This document shows, piece by piece, positions 52,401-64,000 of a stretch of 64,000 nt of DNA. Made by a program: the position numbers and the translations under genes. Below the pieces are notes generated by a model. The model was given only the letters and a program-made list of their open reading frames with translations, did no database searches and was not told the origin of the DNA. The stretch is from the human T2T-CHM13v2.0 reference genome, Homo sapiens. Position 1 is the stretch's first letter. Every line of letters starts with the position of its first letter. The stretch lies in assembly GCF_009914755.1 (NCBI RefSeq), contig NC_060926.1, one strand, 5' to 3'.

Positions 52401-53625
52401 ACAGTATTTGAATTATGTGTAAATTGGATGACAGTATCGAAACAATGTAGCTTTGTTATCTTAGATGTTAATATTTAATGAATCTGAGTAAAAAGTATAC
52501 AGAATACTTTGCATAATTTATGCAACTTTTTTGTAAATCTCAAATTTCCAAATGAAAAGTTATCCCCAGTTATTCTATCTCCTCTACCAGTGCCCAACAT
52601 TCACATACTTTTATTTTTCGTGACAATTTTTTTTCCTTTTCCTTCAACGTTTTTCTCGCTTATCCGTAGGAGGATTGAAGAGAAGATATTGTTGTGCAAC
52701 ATGTTAACTAAAGATCATCACTGCTGAGATCATTACACCTCTAAGCAGAAGGCACTTGGACATGATTAGCCCAACTGAGACTTGACCTGAACCTGGGAAA
52801 AGAGTACCCAGAGATGGTGTTAGAGCAGACCTCATCCAGTGACATCTGCTAAACTCAAGTTTACTTCCTAGGAAGTGGTCACTGTTAACTAGGACACATT
52901 AAGGCCATGAAGAAAGGATGCTTGTGTGAAGGGGATAAACAGAGCGTCCCTATATCTCCACTTCCACCTTCCAAAAAGCATTCTTCAGAATTAAAACATA
53001 CTAATGACTTCCCTGAAATTAGTGTCATTTGCCACAAAACTGGATTCTCCTCCTGCATGTGCTAATAAGTTCAGCAGCACCACTTCCTCCTTGTAACTTA
53101 GGCAAAAATCAGAGGCAAAATAAGTTCTTTTCTAAGCCCCCATATCTAAGCAGACACCAAGTCCATGGATACTAACACTTTACACTTTCTTTTCTACCCT
53201 CTTGTTTGTTCGCAGCTAGTACCAACTTCAGGGCCAGTACAGGCAATAAGACCACTGCTTTTGTCTTCCAACTGGCATCCCTCCAGCCAGACCTCTCCAG
53301 TCCACTGTTCATGCAGAGGCCAGAGGGCTTCTCCCTAAACATAGATCTGTTCATGTTGCTTCTCGGGCCACACCCTTCCGTGTTGCCTGAGCAGCACAGA
53401 AGTCAAACCTGAGCATGATACTCGCGGCTCTCCAGGATCTGATCTGCTTCCTTCCACTTTCTTCTTTTGGTGGCTGTTGTCTTCATACCATACACCAGCT
53501 GGGCTGAACTCAGTTTCAGTATCACCTCTTCAAGAGCAGTGAGCCTTTCCTCACTGCTTCCAGACACAGTGGCTGCACGCCCTCCTTTGACCCCTGTGTA
53601 CTGTGCAGACTTTTATCACAGTACC

Positions 53626-53991
53626 TGATATGTTTGGCTGTGTCCCCACCCAAATCTCATCTTGAATTGTAGTTCCCATAATCCCCACGTGTAGTGGAAG
53701 GGAACTGGTGGGAGGTAACTGAAGCATGGGGGGAGTTTCCCCTATGCTATTCTCGTGATAGTAAGTTCTCACAAGATCTGATGGTTTTATAGGAAGCCTC
53801 CTTCGCTTGGCTTTCATTCTTCTCTTTCCTGTTGCCATGTGAAGAAGGACCTGTTTGCTTCCCCTTCTGCCATGATTATAAGTTTCCTGAGGCCTCCCCA
53901 GCCCTGCAGAATTGTGAGTCAAACCTCTTTCCTTTATAAACTATCCAGTTGCGGGCAGCTCTTTATAGCAGCGTGAGAACAAACTAATACG
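53626..53991 (+). mobile_element. THE1 (THE1D-like) solo LTR inserted in L2
   Basis: tgatatgtttggctgtgtccccacccaaatctc...aactaatac; 5-bp TSD gtacc/gtatc. Confidence 0.9.
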
Positions 53992-56900
53992 GTATCTAAA
54001 CCTTTAGGGTATCTACTTCTTTGTTGATAGATCTATGTTCTCCACTGGTGTAGAGGTCCTTCACCAATTAGGTCCATTTATTGGGACCAGAATTAGAGCT
54101 TTATAGGTATTAGCCTATTTAATTCTTACAACAATTGTATTGTGTTATTATTTCCATTTTTTAGACAAGGAAATTGAGGTTATGAGAGATTTACTAACTT
54201 TTCCAAGCTCACAGAGCTAGGGACTGGTGGCTAAAAAGTCCAAACATTTTACTATCAATTGCCTTGTCTATTTTTCTGTCCCTAGAGTGTAGCACAGTGC
54301 ATGTCAAATGACATATGCTTGAAGAATATTTGGTGAATATTCCACACATATTGCCCTGTTCAAACAACAGTTAATAGGCATGGCATTTTTCAATATTTTA
54401 ATTAAGCAGCAGTTAACATATATAGTACTATGTATCGAGACGTGACAAATGTAAAAGATGAAGCAATGTTTTCTATTCTGTCAAACCCCTGATTTCTCAT
54501 CTCTAATCAAATTTAATCCATGTAAAGTCATAGTGGGAAGAGGAAAAGACTATGCTTTATGTAGTCCAATGCTATTCAAATATCAGTGCCATATATTTCC
54601 CTGGAAAATAGGAAGAAGTGTAGTACAAGGCCAAGAATATAGGTTTTAGAACCAGACAGAACTGGTTTGAGTTCCATGTATCACCTTAAATTGGTCATGT
54701 GACCTCATTTAAAACAGAGAGGATGGTAACCACTTTGCAAGACAGTTTTAAAGATTAGCGTGCACATAGTACACATTCCAGGGTTCCTTCTTTGGCCCCC
54801 AGTGATGCCAACAGCGAGAGGGCAAATATTTAAAGCAAGGAACACATTGTTCATAAAGAGAAACTCTCAACATCTCCAAATATTTGCAGGACCAATTAAA
54901 ACGGATGTTCTGTCAACTTTAATCATTTTAGGAAAAAAGACACAAGGAGCTATATCCAAACATTTCAAATCTCTTGCTCATATTGGGACAAACATGCTGT
55001 GACATGAGAAGCAACTGGCTGGTCAGAAATCATTGTCAGCAAACTATGGCAAACTAATAAAAATAAAATAAAAGCACCAGGCCACTCTATAAGGAAATCT
55101 TCCCATTATTCCAAGCAAATCATTTTGCTTGCATGTCAGGGGGAAGTGGCATGGTCTAATCCTTCATCATTAATGGCAAGAACATCAGACTGAAAGTCAG
55201 GAGTCCTGCCCTGCCATTTTAAGGGTGACCTTGGACAAATTTTTAAAGATTTGATATTCATTTATTCAACAAATATTTATTGTTTGTGAGATCCCTCTTC
55301 TCATGGAATTTATATCCTAATGGAAGAAGAAAGAGTTCATATAATAAATAGACAAACATAAGGATAGGCAGGAAAAAGTCAGCAGACACTGGTGAGTGAT
55401 TTGTGGAGAATTAAGACAGCAATAAAATAGACAGTGACTGAGGTGGTTAATTTAGGCTGTATAGTCACTTTAGAAAAGGAAACATTTAAGCTAAAATATG
55501 AGGAAGGCAGTTATCCTTTCTGGACTTCTGTATCCTTTTCTATAAAGTATGACTGCTGAACTGGGGATGCTTTTGAAAGTCTCTTCTAGTTCTAGGAATC
55601 TGTGATTTCATGGCTAGGTTATATTATATGATATGGATGTGTGCACATATATTTTTAACTTCAAATATCCTAAATTTGGTTAAGTAAATCATGACAGTGA
55701 GTCTTAGCTTTGAAGACATTTAAGGTAACAGTAAATTACTTGTAAGGATCTAAATGTAGCTTGGCATACTGGACTTTTGTGGCTGTTCTCTGAGCTCTGA
55801 GAGGGAAGGGCACATTTTACTAATATTTTGGAAATATAGTCAAACTGGTTTCTGAAAAGAAGGGTTAATATGTCCCTGAACATTTCAAAGTAGGCAAAAT
55901 ACATGCATTTGTAATGAGGTTAGATTGTCTTAAACTAATTCTTTTGGTGATCGCCTACAACCACAAATTCAGACATACTGAAATTTTAAAAGGTAAAACT
56001 AAGCCACATGTTCTTTTTTACATAAAAATGGGAAAAAAGTTTGAGGTGACATGGTATGGGATTTTTTTCTAAAGGAATTAACCATATTTTGCCCCATATT
56101 TTTCATGCACCAGTTAGCTAGAAAATTACAAAAGCTGAAAAACTCAGATAAACCGTACTATGAGGATTAACACAACACATTCATCCCCTCTCCCCTGCCC
56201 CCATGTCCCTCTCTTTTTCCCTCCCACCCCAAGCTGGGGCATATTTCTGGAATGGAAATAAAAGCCTCTCAAACTGTTGAAAAATGAAGGCCTCTGAATT
56301 TTTAATTCTGTTAACTAATCATTAGAAAACTAAAAATTACTGTCTCTCCGAGAACCAGTGAGGTAGCAAGAACCAGAGACTCTGTGTTTAATTTTGCAGG
56401 AGCTGGCTGGTTTCCCAGCAACACACTGATTTGTGGGGCCACTACTTTGGGCACCTCGAGGATAATTAAATATTAAGTCTCTCTCTGATGTATGCAAAGT
56501 CTGCCTAAGAGGGTTGGCAGCCACAGTGAAAGTAGCAGTCACACATTTTTTGGTAACTGAACATTGCAATATCATTATCTATTCTTATCCTTACTCTGTA
56601 AGAACTTGTCTCTATCCTTAATATCACCCAAAGTTATCTCTGAGAATGAAGAAGGGGATAGAGAGAAAATGAAAAAAACAAGAGCTCATACAGTCAATAC
56701 TTGGGGATCTTCTAGGTGTTTGGGATATGGAGATGAAGAGTGGAGTTTAATGTGTGTGAGAGAAATGATGAGGGGAGCACAACATCCTCTATCTCCTCTA
56801 GTTGAAGCTTCCATTTTATACACCAAGCAGCCAAGCACACAGATGAAGAATCTTCCCCCAAATTCTAAAACTAGTGGTAGAGGGAGGATGGTCACACACA

Positions 56901-59476
56901 CAAGTATCTGCCCACTAGTGCCCTGATCTTTCTACTACTCTAGTGAAAGGTAAGACAATTTTTGAAAAACAATAATTTAAGAGACAATTTAAACTATGGG
57001 CATAGTTTTGTAACATTCCAGAAGTTGTTGGTGTTTCCATTCTAAACACAATACTTCTGCATTCACTCACCAAGTAACAAGAGGTTATTTACAATTATAA
57101 GTCATTTTCCCCCATCAAATGCACCTGTCCTTCAAAATAGATTTCAATCAGTAATGCCAGACAGACATCTTTACTTTCTAAAGGAGGAGGGGGACACTCA
57201 CTGATTTACTTCTTGGAGAAGACTCTAGATGAGTAGCATCATTAAGCCAGTGTGGCTTTCTTATTTGTACTACCAAATATTCAACAAATCTGTATCATTA
57301 CCTACCAAGAACAGGGAAAATGCTCTTACATAAGGGGAAAGCAGAGAGGCGAGAAAACAAAAAGAGTGAGGGGGATATGAGATGACTTGTATTAGAGTCA
57401 TTCAGAGACTCTTGGGAGAGATTTCCTAGGGGGCCGGAAAAAGTTTGCACCACCACAGAAGAAATATTGGTGAAACGCAGATACACATGGATTTGGCAAA
57501 TGAGAGAAAATAGTTTGCACTCATAACAATAAAGTCAAGTCAGTTTAGAAAAGTGCTTGAGAAAAAAATCTTAATTACAAGCCAAGTTGCCTTAAGTTCT
57601 GCTTTTGGAAAAAGTTAAGCTATCAAGGAACTAAAATCTCAAAAATATTCAGAAGTCCTTGAACTCATATAAAAGTTACAACTTGTTTCTTGAGTAATTA
57701 GAACATCGACAAAAGCTTAAAGGAAGAAATAGCAATGATACTTATTTATGAAGAGCTCGCGTTCAAATATTGAAGTGTATGTTCCTGTGTTTTAACATGT
57801 CAGGTAATATGGACATTTTCCCCTTTTCCCAACTTCTACACTGTTTCCTCTTATCTTTAGAATATTAGGAATCTGACATAACATAAAGTGAGGCTCTAAC
57901 CAGAGAAATCAGCCTCATCATCCTGGCGAGAAGGTGAAACTGACCGAGGTCGAGAATTTAAAAAGTGAAGGTATGAGGAAAGTACATAACTGTAGTCACA
58001 TCCATTTGCTTCAGGACCAGAGTCAGAACCTAAAGTTCCACATAGCAAAACTAATGTGACCTAATTTAGGGTTTTCCCCAGGGATGCCACATGAACCTTC
58101 ATGTTTGCTGAAAACAAGCACATCTCTAACTTCTATGCCCTGTACCGGCAATAGAGCTTGTGGCCTATGCCTTCGTGTCCCTAGCCTGCTCTTTAAAAAA
58201 ACACTGCAAGTGGTTTCCTCAAGTAATTCAAGGCAAAATGTTGAGACTGAACATGTTAAGGTCACAGTGCTTCAGAGAGAGTATGATTCTGATATTCATG
58301 ACTTTTAAACTACAATCCACTTCAGTGATTTGACAAGAATAGAGAATCTTTGATAGGTCTATCTTTTTTGAATCTCAATTTCTCTAACTCTGAAGAGCAA
58401 ACAATAGTATTGACCTCTTCATCTCACAGAGGGAAATAAGACTGTATCTGATAATAATTACAAAGATATTCGTGATGAGGCCCAAAATATTCTTAAAATC
58501 TGATTCATTTTTTAAAAGGAATTTATTGTTCTTTAGATGTAGTAATAACCATATAAATTATAAACTTGCTTTAAGATTAGACGGTAGAATGAGTTGCAGT
58601 TAGACCTCTAGGAAACTCTTTTGCAATGGGGATTATCTGGGAAGTCCTAATTTGTAACACTTATTGACATGATGGTCTAACCCTGCGTGCTAAAGCACGT
58701 GATTAAGGTTCCCGACTCCTGGACGCTATGGCCTCAGGTGCATCAATTTAGAATTTAAGCCAAATTTCAACAGCCACAATATTTCTTTGATTTAGGAATT
58801 AGCATTCTTATTTATTCAATCAATAAGGATTTAAACTCTGAGTATGTGCACAGGATACTTAGAGTCAAAAGATGGTAAATACATCCTCTAGGGCTTCAGT
58901 TTTCATGGTGGTGGAAAAACAAAACTTTTAACAGTAATTAATAACGATAATAATTATAAATAATTAAGGCTCAAATATGTGGAATTCAAGGTTCCATTAA
59001 GCTTGCAATGGTTAGAGAAGGTTCCAGAGAGAAGATGGACTGAGTGAGCCTTGAAGTATGGTATGGAGAAACTAAGGTCTTGTGTCTCTGTTACATTATG
59101 TCCTTCTAAGTATAGGGAGAAGGGACAGCATTTTAGTACCTGGGCAGAGCACGAAGGAAATGAATTAGCTAAATATAGAATTACTATATTTCTATTCACA
59201 CCTGCATTTTTCCTGGGCAAGAGTAAGCCACCATGATTAACGGATACTGTGAACCATCCTATCTCCTATTAAGAGAAAAATAATGTACACGTGTTTTGTG
59301 TATAATCTACCATGCATATGCATGTTCAAGCTTATGGAAAAATAAAAATAAATTTCGTTGTACATATTCAAGTACTAAATAGCTGATTGATATATATACT
59401 GGAAAGTTTGCATTACCAAGATGATTATCCAGTTGACAGTTGCTTAAAGAAATCAAGAACTGACCTCCAACTATTG

Positions 59477-59779
59477 TTTTTTTCTTTTTCTTTTGAGATG
59501 GAGTCTTGCTCTGTTGCCCAGGCTGGAGTGCAGTGGTGCCATCTCGACCACTGCAATCTCCATCTCCCAGGTTTAAGCGATTCTCCTGCCTCAGCCTCCC
59601 GAGCAGCTGGGACTACAGATGCGTGCCACCACACCAGGCTGTTTGTAGATTTAGTAGAGATGGGGTTTTGTCATGTTGGCCAGGTGCCAGGCTGGTCTTG
59701 AACTCCTGGCCTCAGGTGATCCTCCCACCTTGGCCTCCCACAATGCTGGGATTACAGGCGTGAGCAACCGCGTCCGGCC
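59477..59779 (-). mobile_element. AluS, 45 bp from the exon 48 donor (sense to NBAS)
   Basis: Dimer with polyT; TSD-like aactattgtt/aattattgtt. Confidence 0.9.
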
Positions 59780-59824
59780 TAATTATTGTTAGTAAGAAAA
59801 ATAATCATTCAGACACTCCCTTAC

Positions 59825-60020
59825 CTGTCTCTGGGGCCAGGAGGCTTTGAGAATGGCTTCAGTTCTAAAGAACACGAGGAGCTTGCTGTCCTCCTCAGTC
59901 AGGTGAAATGATTGCCCCAAAATCTGCAGCACGTGAATGCGGGGCCGCACCGGCCAGGCGTCATCAGCACAGAAAGGCCGCAGCCACTCCAGCAGGTCCT
60001 CAGGTGAAACCAGCTCCTCA
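59825..60020 (-). CDS. NBAS: NBAS coding exon (inferred exon 48): EELVSPEDLLEWLRPFCADDAWPVRPRIHVLQILGQSFHLTEEDSKLLVFFRTEAILKASWPQRQ
   Basis: Acceptor ttttgccctgcAG|TGAGGAG, donor CAG|GTAAGG; 196 nt; phase 0 join to the 31455 exon. The gene continues beyond the window end. Confidence 0.94.
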
Positions 60021-60355
60021 CTGCAGGGCAAAATCCAGAGGTATCTGTAAACTCCTAAGCCTTTTATTTTCCCCCTTCCGGTAATCAAATGTGGTCACTG
60101 ACCTAACACTTGTTTGTTGGATGACTTCGTTTTTTTCCTCTTGAAAGGAAAAATTTTGGTTTTTAAATGGCTTACAGCGAACTGTATTAGGTATTTAAAA
60201 CCTATGTAAAATGAATGTAATTTTAAAACAGTATCATATTAAAATGAGTTATATAAAGCAGATAAACATCCTTGGCTAGCTTATTTCAAAATTTAATAAG
60301 TAGTAAGGTTTATTTCTGTTAATAATACCAATAGTGCAAGGCTGCATTCTAGTAA

Positions 60356-61343
60356 TTTTTTTTTTTTCTTTTCTTTTTTTTTAATTTTTTTTTTTATTGA
60401 TCATTCTTGGGTGTTTCTCGCAGAGGGGGATTTGGCAGGGTCATAGGACAACAGTGGAGGGAAGGTCAGCAGATAAACAAGTGAACAAAGGTCTCTGGTT
60501 TTCCTAGGCAGAGGACCCTGCGGCCTTCCGCAGTGTTTGTGTCCCTGGGTACTTAAGATTAGGGAGTGGTGATGACTCTTAACGAGCATGCTGCCTTCAA
60601 GCATCTGTTTAACAAAGCACATCTTGCACCGCCCTTAATCCATTTAACCCTGAGTGGACACAGCACATGTTTCAGAGGGCACAGGGTTGGGGATAAGGTC
60701 ACAGATCAACAGGATCCCAAGGCAGAAGAATTTTTCTTAGTACAGAACAAAATGAAAAGTCTCCCATGTCTACTTCTATCCACACAGACCCGGCAACCAT
60801 CCGATTTCTCAATTTTTTCCCCACCCTTCCCGCCTTTCTATTCCACAAAACCGCCATTGTCATCATGGCCCATCCCCAATGAGCCGCTGGGCACACCTCC
60901 CAGACGGGGTCGTGGCCGGGCAGAGGGGCTCCTCACTTCCCAGTAGGGGCGGCCGGGCAGAAGCGCCCCTCACCTCCCGGATGGGGCGGCTGGCCGGGCA
61001 GAGGGCTCCTCACTTCCCAGTAGGGGCGGCCGGGCAGAGGCGCCCCTCACCTCCCGGACGGGGCGGCTGGCCAGGCGGGGGGCTGATCCCCCCACCTCCC
61101 TCCCGGACGGGGCGGCTGGCCGGGCGGGGGGCTGACCCCCCCCACCTCCCTCCTGGACGGGGCGGCTGGCCGGGCGGGGGGCTGACCCCCCCACCTCCCT
61201 CCCGGACGGGGCGGCTGGCCGGGCGGGGGGCTGACCCCCCCACCTCCCTCCCGGACGGGGCGGCTGGCCGGGCAGAGGGGCTCCTCACTTCCCAGTAGGG
61301 GCGGCCGGGCAGAGGCGCCCCTCACCTCCCGGACGGGGCGGCT
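60356..61343 (-). mobile_element. SVA retrotransposon (young, D-F type), 5'-truncated within the VNTR
   Basis: PolyT, then the SINE-R sequence (attgatcattcttgggtgtttctcgcagagggggatttgg...), then GC-rich VNTR units (ctccctcccggacggggcggctggccgggcgggggg). No Alu-like domain or hexamer repeat. Confidence 0.95.
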
Positions 61344-64000
61344 ATATATCTGATTACTTGCTGACAATAATTAAGCAAAGTAGGCATCATAAGTTACTTT
61401 TTACAGCTGAACCAACAAACTTCAGGGAAGTGATATAATATGCCCACACAAATGAATAATAGTGCTGTAGGACCCCAAAGCTCCAGTTCTTTCTATCATT
61501 TTCCCCAGATGATTAGAATTTCAATATGCCATTAGAGTATCAAATCTTATACTACTCTAAAAGTGAAGTATGAATGCTTGGTTATTATAGGACTGTGAAG
61601 TTTAAAATGATTCAGAAAAGGGGACAGTTTGTACAATGTTCTATCTCATACTGGAATCTCTTTTCTTGTAACCCCAAATGAATATCTTATTTGATTATGT
61701 CAATGGATTATTTATCCATAACTCTTAAGGGGTTATCCATACAGGAGACTCACTCCCACAAGGGCCTGGAGATCCATGCTAAAGCACTGAATTATACAGG
61801 TTTTGCTGTAGCCAGATCCTTATAAGGCTTTTAGCTATAAATCACCTAGGCTGAATCCCAGTCTAACTTACCTTAAATCAAATTCCATGCCCTAATAAGA
61901 TTACAAGTCTTTTTTTTTTAACTTCTGAGAAGAATACAATTCTGCAATGCCACTGAGTATGTCTTTCAGTATGTATTATTTAATATACTTGTCAAATGCT
62001 ATCTTATGGCAATTTAAAAGAATTATTTGTATTTAAGAATAAGTGAAACTACAAAATGTTGTGGATAATTGGTTTAAGAATTTCATAAATTTAGCAACTC
62101 AGTTGTTAATTTTACCTATAAGATTCCTAAATATTTATCAGAAATGGAAACAATTAGGGTGTAAAAATAGGATGCTACAAGTATTTCTGGTGAACCTTTT
62201 GCAAGCTGAATAGACAGTACAGTGTAATGGGTCTAACGGGAAGACCGTTAAAAAAAATCTGATGGACCTAACTGAATCCTGGCTGCAGACTTTCCTAAGA
62301 ACTCTAGGTAAAAATCATGAATATTATCCTTCCCAGGTTATACTGACACAGACGAAGGTCCCAAGAGTGTGTCACCTGGAGTCTGTGAAATCAAGATAAC
62401 ATATACAAAGCACCTAGCAAATTATGTGGTACAGAGGAAGTACTTAATAAATAGTAACCACCATTGTCATAATAACAATCTTCACCATAATTATCAGCAT
62501 CATCAAAGCACTATAGTTTGTGCTTAATGATACAGAGATAAAAAAAAATTATATGGTCCGTGCCTTCAAAGAACTAATAATACCATGGAACGGCAAGACT
62601 TTAAAAGTGACTATTATCCAAATTACTAATATAAATGTGAACAACTGTTTCGGAGGAAGAGAGAATAGAACCAGGAAAGGCTTCAGAGAGGACGTGGCAT
62701 CTGAACAGGATCACAGAGGATAATTAGAATGTATATAAATGCAAGTGTGGGAAAATATAATCCAGACAGAGAACAGCAAGAAAAAACCAGCAAAAGATTT
62801 CAAAGGACAAAGAATTTTCAGGGAGAGATTAAAGCACAGATGTGTGGGTGGTAAATTAGAGGAGAGAGGTAAGGAAAGATAGGCTTTCTCACCTAGGTAA
62901 CCAAGAGACTGAATACAAGGCTGAAAAGGCGGTGCAGTTTAACTCTTTGACAGCACAGGCTCTGGTGGTGTTTGGCCCAGACTCACTGCCCACATTTGCC
63001 ACTTCCTAACAATGTAACTCTGACCAAGAAGTCACTCAATAGAGCAGAGCCTCAGTTCCCTTATTCGTATATTGGAGATGGATAACAACACTTTCCTCAT
63101 GGGGTTGTTGAGAAATTAAACAGAAACATAAAATAATAAATGCAAGGCATGTAATACAATGTCTGGCATATAACTAAGTGCTTCAATTAAAAGCAACCAT
63201 TATTATTAAGGATATCTGATCTTTTTTGCATGAAATGGGAATGATAGAGGATTTCTGAGCAGTGAAACATCAAAATCATGTTACTGATTAGAAAAATGTA
63301 TGGGCTGGGGCAGACTCAGGCACTTTTGATGAAGGCCTGAAGCTGTCTAATTCAGGAAGAAAGTAATTTAAAGCCCATTTCTGACTATAAGTCCTAACCA
63401 GTTTCACATAAAATGAAGCTGATTTTTTGGCCCTCTCACCCAAGTGCCAAGAAGAGATAAGTAGGAAAAGCTAGAATGTGAGGAAGCTGTTGTCATGAAG
63501 ACAAGCTGGAAGTTATAATAATAACCAAAGCCCCCAATATGGTGAATAACAATGAAAACAATATTCATAATAATTTCTGAAGGTTTACTATGCACCATGA
63601 ATTATATCACTTCATCATAACTATCTTTTTCTTGTATACTGTTATCATCTCCAATTTGTAGATGAGGTAACAATCTCAGATTTAAGAATTGACTATGGCA
63701 TTTTGAGCTGAATGATATTAAAATTTTAAAAAAGATAAAAATAACTTGTCCAAGGTCACACAGTAAGTAGTGGCACCAATATCTGAACTTGGACTATCTG
63801 ACTGCCTTGTCAATTACTATGCAATGCTACTGAACCAAACGGGCTATTCCAGAACAGTGTGGCAGTGGATTAAAATTACTCAGCTATGATGAGATATAGA
63901 AGGATTATCACTCTAATATTTTTCAAGTTATTAAATCAAATTAGTTCCTTTTACATTAGAACTTACTGTGCAGCTAATAACATTTGACATTTTAAAGGAA

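Noticed and set aside
60900-61343. Repeat-spacer-like array (CRISPR-like look)
   Set aside because: It is the SVA VNTR: no unique spacers, no cas genes, mammalian DNA.
60401-61367. Multiple Pro/Gly/Arg-rich ORFs
   Set aside because: All lie in the SVA SINE-R or VNTR and are artefacts of GC-rich tandem repeats.

Overview
Human (hominid) genomic DNA covering the 3' end of NBAS (neuroblastoma amplified sequence, 2p24.3) on the minus strand. The last five coding exons (inferred exons 48-52: 60020-59825, 31455-31316, 27932-27794, 20168-20040, 8375-8100) have canonical GT-AG sites and join in phase into the NBAS C-terminus (...FSTALRAAQHWV*). A short 3' UTR with AATAAA at 7983-7988 follows, and positions 1-7900 are downstream sequence. 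The introns are full of repeats: about nine Alus, L1MA/L1PA/L1MB/L1MC, L2, MIR, MaLR LTRs including a two-LTR MSTA element, a MER50 solo LTR, Tigger4a, MER1A, MER3 and a young 5'-truncated SVA. I found no new biological system. The most unusual observations are (i) an intronless, 5'-truncated retrocopy of a type I hair keratin mRNA (KRT33B/KRT31-like) in intron 50, with its polyA signal and a candidate TSD; (ii) a sense-oriented SVA with no TSD, whose polyA signal lies about 370 bp upstream of the exon 48 acceptor; and (iii) a ~120 bp templated duplication in the last intron that preserves the pre-Alu empty site and shows a template-switch inverted micro-insertion. Gene identity, exon numbers and repeat subfamilies come from recall of known sequences, not from database searches.
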